Virus record (IMG/VR): IMGVR_UViG_3300017605_000087
Span: 23,173-87,172 of that record
From: a virus
Reading direction: 5' to 3' (one strand)
Length of the DNA stretch: 64,000 nucleotides
Shown here: positions 57,816-64,000 of the stretch, in pieces
Layout: each line of letters starts with the position of its first letter
Numbering within the stretch: the stretch's first letter is position 1
Notes under the pieces: generated by a model
What the model saw: the letters and a program-made list of their open reading frames with translations, nothing else
What the model was told of the DNA's origin: nothing
Databases searched by the model: none
Made by a program: the position numbers and the translations under genes

Positions 57816-58393
57816 TTGATATAGAGAGGTACATAGAGTTCATTGTGAAGCACAAAATGACTCAAGAACAATTTACTTTTTTATATCTTCTCTATTATTC
57901 TACAATAGATGAGAAAAAAGCTCATGCACTAGTCAAAAAATATAAAGGATGGATAGGAGTAGATAAGATGCTCTCAGATAGTGCAAGAGAAGACTTAATA
58001 GCAAAAGAATTAATAAAAAGAACAGACCATACAGATAAGTTTGGTAGTTTTGTTATTATGGATAAGTTCCTAGAAGCATTTGTTGATTTAGAACATGCAG
58101 CTAGAGAATCATGGAATTTATACCCAGGATTTAGTAAAAATAATGGGGTATTATATACATTAAAATCATTTGATTTTGAAAGGTATAAAAGATTGTATGG
58201 TCAAGCAATAAACCTTAGTTATTATGAACATAAAGAGGTAATGCTAGATTTACAATATGGAAAAACAAATGGACTATTAACTTATAAAATAGAAAACTTT
58301 GTTAAAGGAAAAGGATGGCTTGATTTAAGAGAATTTAGATTAGGACAAACAGTTCAAGTAAAGAAACACGTACAAAACCAAGAAGACTTCTAA
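57812..58393 (+). CDS. Conserved replication protein (helicase loader/initiator candidate)
   Basis: WNLYP motif; directly upstream of DnaB. Confidence 0.45.
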   Translation: MIDIERYIEFIVKHKMTQEQFTFLYLLYYSTIDEKKAHALVKKYKGWIGVDKMLSDSAREDLIAKELIKRTDHTDKFGSFVIMDKFLEAFVDLEHAARESWNLYPGFSKNNGVLYTLKSFDFERYKRLYGQAINLSYYEHKEVMLDLQYGKTNGLLTYKIENFVKGKGWLDLREFRLGQTVQVKKHVQNQEDF

Positions 58394-58394
58394 T

Positions 58395-59507
58395 ATGATA
58401 AGAGAGCTAAATGGAAAGAATATAGAGTTACCTGATGATTATGATGAGAAAAAATCAAGGTATATACTACCTGTGCAGAAGATGGAAAATGCTGCTAAGG
58501 ATGCTCTCAAAGTAATAGAAGAAGAAAGGTCAGGTGAACAACATGGATTATATTGTAGGTGGCCAGATTTGAATAAAGCAATGCTTAAATATTGGCGATT
58601 CAATAATGTGAGTGGATTAGGAGGATTATCAGGAAGTGGAAAATCTATAACATTAAATATGTTATTAGATGATTTTACTGATATAGAAGATGTAAAAGAA
58701 GATGAGAAAAATGGAATACTAGCGAGAAAAGCACTTAATAGTGATTACGCAGGAGATGTATTATGTCTTCATGCAGGATATGAAATGGATCCCGCTGATG
58801 AAGTATTAAGAACAGTCGCAAGTAAAAGAAAAACATCTTATAGTTACTTACTAAGTTCACAATGGATAGAAGCAGAAAAAGCCTATAATAAAATAAATGA
58901 AAAACAACTTGATGAAATTAAGAGAAATCTTGATGGATTAAAGAATAAACCAATATATTATATAAAAAGAGTAGGAACAGGAGAACAACTATATTTAACT
59001 TGTTATGAAATAATGAATAAATTTCCTAACAAGAAATTGGTTGTTAGTATGGATCATACTTTATTAAACAAATATAAAGAAGGACAAAGAGGAGAAATAG
59101 ATATGATAGCTAACCTTGCACAAGACTTTATAAAAATTAGAAAAGACTTTGAAGCAATGGTAATTCCATTAATGCAATTAAATGGAGCTATTGAAACTCC
59201 CGAAAGAAGAAACAATCCGGCTCTACATTATCCCATAAGAACAGATTTGCATGGTAGTAATCAAATGTCAATGGCATTGGATAATATAATGATATTTCAT
59301 AGACCTGCATTATTGAATCTAGGAATATATGGAGAAAAGGATACAATGAATAGGCAAATAAATGATACAAAACATTTAGTTCATGCTGCTGTAATTAAAA
59401 GTCGAAAAGGGAAAGTTGGTAATGCTTGGCTCAAAGAAGATTTTGCCCACACTCAATTATTGAGTGCGAAGCGGGATGATTTTATTACAGATGAAATTGC
59501 AATTTAA
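58395..59507 (+). CDS. dnaB: DnaB-like replicative helicase
   Basis: GLSGSGKS, YEM, MDHT, MQLN, DLHGS, KSRKG. Confidence 0.88.
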   Translation: MIRELNGKNIELPDDYDEKKSRYILPVQKMENAAKDALKVIEEERSGEQHGLYCRWPDLNKAMLKYWRFNNVSGLGGLSGSGKSITLNMLLDDFTDIEDVKEDEKNGILARKALNSDYAGDVLCLHAGYEMDPADEVLRTVASKRKTSYSYLLSSQWIEAEKAYNKINEKQLDEIKRNLDGLKNKPIYYIKRVGTGEQLYLTCYEIMNKFPNKKLVVSMDHTLLNKYKEGQRGEIDMIANLAQDFIKIRKDFEAMVIPLMQLNGAIETPERRNNPALHYPIRTDLHGSNQMSMALDNIMIFHRPALLNLGIYGEKDTMNRQINDTKHLVHAAVIKSRKGKVGNAWLKEDFAHTQLLSAKRDDFITDEIAI

Positions 59508-59528
59508 CAAAATAATTACGTCAAAATA

Positions 59529-59560
59529 TTTGCAAATAAGAGTTCTTATATATACATTTG
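59529..59560 (+). promoter_or_regulatory. Host sigma-A promoter
   Basis: TTTG-N20-TACATTTG, exact Bacteroidota consensus. Confidence 0.75.
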
Positions 59561-59593
59561 CTTAAAGATTGATGTAAAAATCATTCATTATTT

Positions 59594-60550
59594 ATGGACG
59601 AACAAAAAGTAGAAACAAAACAAACCAACGATAAGTTAGCTAAAACTAACCAAAGCGTTCCGTTAGAAAATAATCTACTAAAGATTAATTTAAAGTTCAA
59701 CACCATTGATGAGTTCTTTGACTTTTGTGAGAAGTTATCAGGTGATAAGAACATGAGTCCATTAGATAGTAAAGAGGAAGTAGCAATTGCGCTACTTGCT
59801 GGAGCATCTCTTGGACTATCTGTTCCTGCTGCTCTTAATAATGTAGTTCCAGTAAACGGTAGAGCTACATTAAGTAATAATTTACAAATGGGATTATTGG
59901 CTAAAAAAGGAATCATCACACAAATAGTAGAAGATTACAAGCCAATATACAGAGTATATTATTATGAATATGATGAACAAACAGGAGAACCTAAAAAGAA
60001 AGATAATGTTCCTGTGATATTAAGAACGGAGGATATGTTTCAATCAGAAATTCAAATGCTGATTGATGGATATAATAGGTTATTAGAAACAGGAGATTTA
60101 ACTGATGCTGAAAAGAAAATGCTGAAGCCTAAAGTAAAATGGGCACCAGTAGGAATGGCAACTAAAGTTAAATTAGAAAGATTAATACAACAACCTGATG
60201 GAAGTTGGAAAGAAGCAGTTGTAGAAAGATCATATTCTACAATAGATGCTGATAAGATTTACTGTGTTGAAAAAAGCTCAGGCAAACTTAAACCAGTAAG
60301 ACAAGTAAAAGATAGTTGGAAGAATTATGAATCAGATATGCTTTATGCTAATGCTTTTAGAAGATGTGCTAAAGTAATTGGAAATGACCTTCTATTAAAC
60401 TTGTATTCAACAGAGGAAATGCTCGACACAACAAATAATAATTATGACTTGACAGAAGATGGTCAAGTGAAGATTTATGATGATAAGGGGAAAGTGAAGT
60501 ATCAAAGTCAAAAGACAGAAGATCAAGACTTTCAACCTGTCACTGAGTAA
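59594..60550 (+). CDS. RecT/Redbeta-like ssDNA-annealing protein
   Basis: GASLGLS..ALNNV..VNGR; WKNYESDMLYANA...LYSTEE. Confidence 0.7.
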   Translation: MDEQKVETKQTNDKLAKTNQSVPLENNLLKINLKFNTIDEFFDFCEKLSGDKNMSPLDSKEEVAIALLAGASLGLSVPAALNNVVPVNGRATLSNNLQMGLLAKKGIITQIVEDYKPIYRVYYYEYDEQTGEPKKKDNVPVILRTEDMFQSEIQMLIDGYNRLLETGDLTDAEKKMLKPKVKWAPVGMATKVKLERLIQQPDGSWKEAVVERSYSTIDADKIYCVEKSSGKLKPVRQVKDSWKNYESDMLYANAFRRCAKVIGNDLLLNLYSTEEMLDTTNNNYDLTEDGQVKIYDDKGKVKYQSQKTEDQDFQPVTE

Positions 60551-60583
60551 TACAAATGTTTAACAAATAAAAACAAAAATCAC

Positions 60584-61132
60584 ATGTTTAAAGTAACGAA
60601 ACAAGTATCTGGAACCAGAGTGGCAAAAGATGAAGGAGTAGCAATGTTAGCTACACCATCTGAAAATGTAAAATTTACTGATGCTGCTGCAAAATTACTC
60701 GGTATTACTGATGTAAACCGAATTGTAACAATGGAAGTAGAATTGGAAAATGGTGAAACCCGTCCTGCTTTCTATGTAAGTCCATGGGCACACGTTAAAG
60801 GAACTGATGGTAAATTGGAAAAAGATGCAGAAGGAGTAGAAAAATTAGTTTTAACTAATGAACAAGCTCCTGAAAAATTACGTTCTAAAGGACGTAAACT
60901 TTCATATCCAAATGGAACTGGTGGAAGATTGCAAATGAATTGCGCACCATCATGGGAATTGTTGAAAGGAACTTTAGATGGAACACAACACTGGGCTATC
61001 AAAGGTTTAGCAGAAGGAGAAGAAGCCTTCAAACAAACAGTAGGCGGAGTAACAATTTATGTACTTGAACTTCAAGCTGATAAATATACTCCAAAATCAG
61101 AAAGAAAGCCAAAAGACGAAACTGCTGAATAA
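60584..61132 (+). CDS. Conserved hypothetical protein
   Basis: 182 aa; FTDAAAKLLGI motif; followed by a hairpin. Confidence 0.65.
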   Translation: MFKVTKQVSGTRVAKDEGVAMLATPSENVKFTDAAAKLLGITDVNRIVTMEVELENGETRPAFYVSPWAHVKGTDGKLEKDAEGVEKLVLTNEQAPEKLRSKGRKLSYPNGTGGRLQMNCAPSWELLKGTLDGTQHWAIKGLAEGEEAFKQTVGGVTIYVLELQADKYTPKSERKPKDETAE

Positions 61133-61151
61133 TTGAAGTTTTAAATTATAT

Positions 61152-61183
61152 AAATAATAGACCACAATAGTGGTCTATTATTT
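61152..61183 (+). terminator. Intrinsic terminator
   Basis: AAATAATAGACCAC-AATA-GTGGTCTATTATTT. Confidence 0.7.
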
Positions 61184-61219
61184 TATTTACCATATTTATA
61201 AACAAATTAATCAAAAGTT

Positions 61220-61933
61220 ATGCCAGAAGACGAATTAGAAGGTAAGTTAAATAGTGCCGAAGGTCAAGAGAATGATGACCTAGATATTGACTCGAAAGTT
61301 GAGTTAAGTGATAGTTACCCGCTGATACCAGCGAAAGACCCACAAATTGCTGGGTTATTAAGAACAACGTTTCATCCTGAGTACGAAACAAAAACAGGTA
61401 AAAATAAAGGAAAGAAACAACCTCTTTTAGAGTATGAGTTTCAATCTATGAAACAACCTGAAAGAAAAAGTATATTTAGAAGTTATGCTCCAAAAGCTGA
61501 TGATACAAAAGAAAAGAAACAAGCAGCTTGGGATAGAGTAAAGAAAAGATTCCTAAACATTTATCGTGCTTATACAGGACAAATGCCGCATGAAGATTTA
61601 TTCAAAGGTGCGAAAGGTGCAAAACAAGGAATGGAAGTAATTGCAAAAGCAATGAATACAGGAAATAATGGTAAACCAGTATTTCAAACAGAAGATGGAC
61701 AACCTATTCCAGTTTGGCTTATTCCAGTATATTATGGAACAAGTGTAGAATTACCTCTTGATAAATTTATTGAGAAAGTTCGCAAAGATGGAGAAGGAAA
61801 AGTTAGAGATTCACTTATCAAAGTATTACCATCTCACAATATTGAGATGAGCAATGATGAGGGAAAAGATAACAAAAAAGGTGGGAATGATTACTCTAAT
61901 GGTAATTTTGATTCAACAGACTTGCCTTTATAA
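61220..61933 (+). CDS. SSB-like protein
   Basis: Ends FDSTDLPL (SSB-type acidic tail); between recombinase and primase. Confidence 0.55.
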   Translation: MPEDELEGKLNSAEGQENDDLDIDSKVELSDSYPLIPAKDPQIAGLLRTTFHPEYETKTGKNKGKKQPLLEYEFQSMKQPERKSIFRSYAPKADDTKEKKQAAWDRVKKRFLNIYRAYTGQMPHEDLFKGAKGAKQGMEVIAKAMNTGNNGKPVFQTEDGQPIPVWLIPVYYGTSVELPLDKFIEKVRKDGEGKVRDSLIKVLPSHNIEMSNDEGKDNKKGGNDYSNGNFDSTDLPL

Positions 61934-61953
61934 TAATTAAAGTAAGTAAAACT

Positions 61954-61983
61954 AAATGGGGTACAACTAAGTACCCCATTTTT
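61954..61983 (+). terminator. Intrinsic terminator
   Basis: AAATGGGGTAC-AACTAA-GTACCCCATTTTT. Confidence 0.75.
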
Positions 61984-61993
61984 ATATACTCTT

Positions 61994-63127
61994 ATGGATG
62001 ATATAAACCTAGACGGCTATCCCCCATTAAGTAAGAAGTATATTCTAACACACGTAACACAGGAACAAATATTTGAAAAGTTCACAGGTCTTACAGTAAT
62101 ACCAAACTATCAATACAAAAGTCCTTTTAGACAAGATAATACACCGGGTTGTAATTATTATTACTCTAGTGATGGAGTATTAAGATTTAATGATTGGGCT
62201 GGATACTTTCATGGTGATTGTTTTGATGCAGTAGCTTTTAGAATTAGTGTAGATGCTAATACAAAAGAAGGATTTAAAAGAGTTTTAGATCATATTGCAC
62301 AAGAATTTAGACTATGGAAATATGCGGATGAAACTGAGTTTAAAAGGATGCTTTACAATAGGCTTGTACAAAATGTTGTAAAGTTAGATAAAGAGATTGA
62401 TATAAAAGTAGTACAAAGAGATTGGATAAAAAGAGATGCAGAGTTTTGGAGTAAGATATTTGCAACTAAAGGATATTTAAACTATTTTACTGTTTATCCA
62501 GTAAGAGAAGTTTATCTTAACAATAATGTTAGATATATATTTCGTAATGATTGGGATTTAGCCTATTGTTATGATTTTGGTAAAGGAAGAAAGAGAATAT
62601 ATTTTCCATTTAGAAAGAAGTATAGATTTTTAGGCAATACTAATATATTACAGGGTATTGACAAATACGAGGTAAATAGAGTAGGATTAATAACTAAATC
62701 ATATAAAGATGTAATAGCTGTCAAAATAGTATGTCATAACTATTTTCCAATAAGTTCAGTAGCACCAACCAATGAAAAATACAAGTTAACCAAAGATGAT
62801 TATAGAACATTAAAAGGAAAAACTGATTTCTTATTTAGTTTATATGATTGGGCTAAGGGAACTGGAATAGATAAAATGAGTATTAGAACAGCAATACAAA
62901 TGAGGAGAAATTATAATGTTACTCCTTTATTCTTTACAAATGGAAGATTTAAAACAGTAAACTATAAAGCAAAAGACTTTTCTGAGTTCCTAGAAATAAA
63001 TAAGATGGATAAGACAAGATTTGTTGTTGAAAGAGTTTACGAACATTTTGAAAAAACATATTTTGAACCATACGAAAATGAAATTAATAACGAATTAAAA
63101 TGGATACAACAAGAGAGGCCATATTAG
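61994..63127 (+). CDS. dnaG: DnaG-type DNA primase
   Basis: SPFRQDNTPG, FND...GDCFD, ITKSYKDV and AKDFSE motifs of crAss-like primases. Confidence 0.8.
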   Translation: MDDINLDGYPPLSKKYILTHVTQEQIFEKFTGLTVIPNYQYKSPFRQDNTPGCNYYYSSDGVLRFNDWAGYFHGDCFDAVAFRISVDANTKEGFKRVLDHIAQEFRLWKYADETEFKRMLYNRLVQNVVKLDKEIDIKVVQRDWIKRDAEFWSKIFATKGYLNYFTVYPVREVYLNNNVRYIFRNDWDLAYCYDFGKGRKRIYFPFRKKYRFLGNTNILQGIDKYEVNRVGLITKSYKDVIAVKIVCHNYFPISSVAPTNEKYKLTKDDYRTLKGKTDFLFSLYDWAKGTGIDKMSIRTAIQMRRNYNVTPLFFTNGRFKTVNYKAKDFSEFLEINKMDKTRFVVERVYEHFEKTYFEPYENEINNELKWIQQERPY

Positions 63128-63552
63128 ATGGTGAAAGAGAAACAAAATTCATCTTTAGAAAGATTACACAAGAAGAACATGAAGCAATGGTTGCATATAT
63201 TCCACAGAAGGAAAATGAAACTGCTAGAAGAAAGTTTAAACAAGAGTTCGGATTTCATTTGAATGATATGGAAGGAATAGGTATTATTTCTCAGAATAAA
63301 AATGATTTCTGGATTGGTAAATGTTTAAGAACAGTAGATATGGGAGGCCCACATGGAAACGGTGTATGGGTTCCAAGTGGAAAAATCAAAGATGTTCAAA
63401 CCCATGAAGAATATGAAGATCATGGAGGTAAATTAAAACATAATGAAAGAAGGTTAATGACGCAAAAGATATTAACTCCAACAGAAGCCTTATTAGCTAA
63501 AGTTAAACACTTAGATGCAACATACGGTGTAATATACAGAATATATGCTTGA
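63100..63552 (+). CDS. Hypothetical protein
   Basis: 150 aa, overlaps primase stop. Confidence 0.6.
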   Translation: MDTTREAILDGERETKFIFRKITQEEHEAMVAYIPQKENETARRKFKQEFGFHLNDMEGIGIISQNKNDFWIGKCLRTVDMGGPHGNGVWVPSGKIKDVQTHEEYEDHGGKLKHNERRLMTQKILTPTEALLAKVKHLDATYGVIYRIYA

Positions 63553-64000
63553 TAAAGAATCGTTTGATTATTTATTTACAATTAATATTCCTAACTATAT
63601 TAGAGAAGTAACATTATCTGAACAACAAAATGCTCAGTATTATGAGTGGAAAGATGGTCAAATAAAAGGTAAAAAACCAGTTCCTAGAGAATGTATTATA
63701 CAAAAATTCAAACAGGAAAGAAAAGTTTTACCAGATCACTTAAAAGAACCATTCAAATTAGCTGTTATAGATAAACAATCTAATGTAGTTGGATTAGTAG
63801 ATACTGCTGATGATATTAAAAATGAAGTAAAAACACATCCTGTTTATAAAGGATGCAGACTTCGTTTATATAATACAGCAACAGGTGTCTATGTACTTGC
63901 AAATCCTACTAAAGTAGGGCAACCTAATAAATCTATTATTAACGGACAAAGAATTAGTAGTGGAGTTGTTAGAGAATTTGCTAAAGGTAAAATATTTGAA
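63545..64000 (+). CDS. Partial CDS, possible RusA-like resolvase N-terminus
   Basis: ATG 63545; IPNYIREVTLS and ANPTKVGQP...INGQ segments; open at window edge. Confidence 0.45.
   Translation, partial: MLDKESFDYLFTINIPNYIREVTLSEQQNAQYYEWKDGQIKGKKPVPRECIIQKFKQERKVLPDHLKEPFKLAVIDKQSNVVGLVDTADDIKNEVKTHPVYKGCRLRLYNTATGVYVLANPTKVGQPNKSIINGQRISSGVVREFAKGKIFE

Noticed and set aside
6975-63552. Stop-codon reassignment as in some crAss-like phages
   Set aside because: Hallmark genes are full length in the standard code; TAG (e.g. 18352, 36902) and TGA (e.g. 49740) end genes at tight junctions

Overview
A 64 kb AT-rich slice of a crAss-like (Crassvirales-type) podovirus genome, probably infecting a Bacteroidota host, in the standard genetic code. 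Positions 1-38.9 kb are a tightly packed minus-strand late/virion operon: IHF-like protein, PD-(D/E)xK nuclease, papain/C39-like peptidase, TerL, portal, scaffold-like protein, major capsid protein, ring/hub/fibre proteins, holin-like proteins, muzzle and three large cargo genes. The last cargo gene is over 2300 aa, carries a zincin HExxH motif, runs off the left edge and is missing from the ORF track. The strand switches at about 39.0-39.3 kb across a palindrome/hairpin cluster, with an iteron-like repeat and triple hairpin at 40.4-40.7 kb. From 39.4-50.7 kb is a plus-strand accessory region of small genes; from 50.7-64 kb is the replication module (SF1 and SF2 helicases, PolA, DnaB, recombinase, SSB-like protein, primase). 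The most unusual signals are (i) a ~500 nt ORF-free, densely base-paired element at 43362-43865 that looks like an unclassified large ncRNA, with smaller structured elements nearby; (ii) a conserved TAACCAATTAAAACACATAACA leader 20-23 nt before the start codon of many accessory genes; (iii) a phage gene with a Sec signal and a T9SS-like sorting tail; and (iv) recurring [YF]xxGG motifs in cargo proteins in an operon that also encodes a C39-like peptidase. All assignments come from reading motifs and synteny by eye; no searches or folding programs were run.
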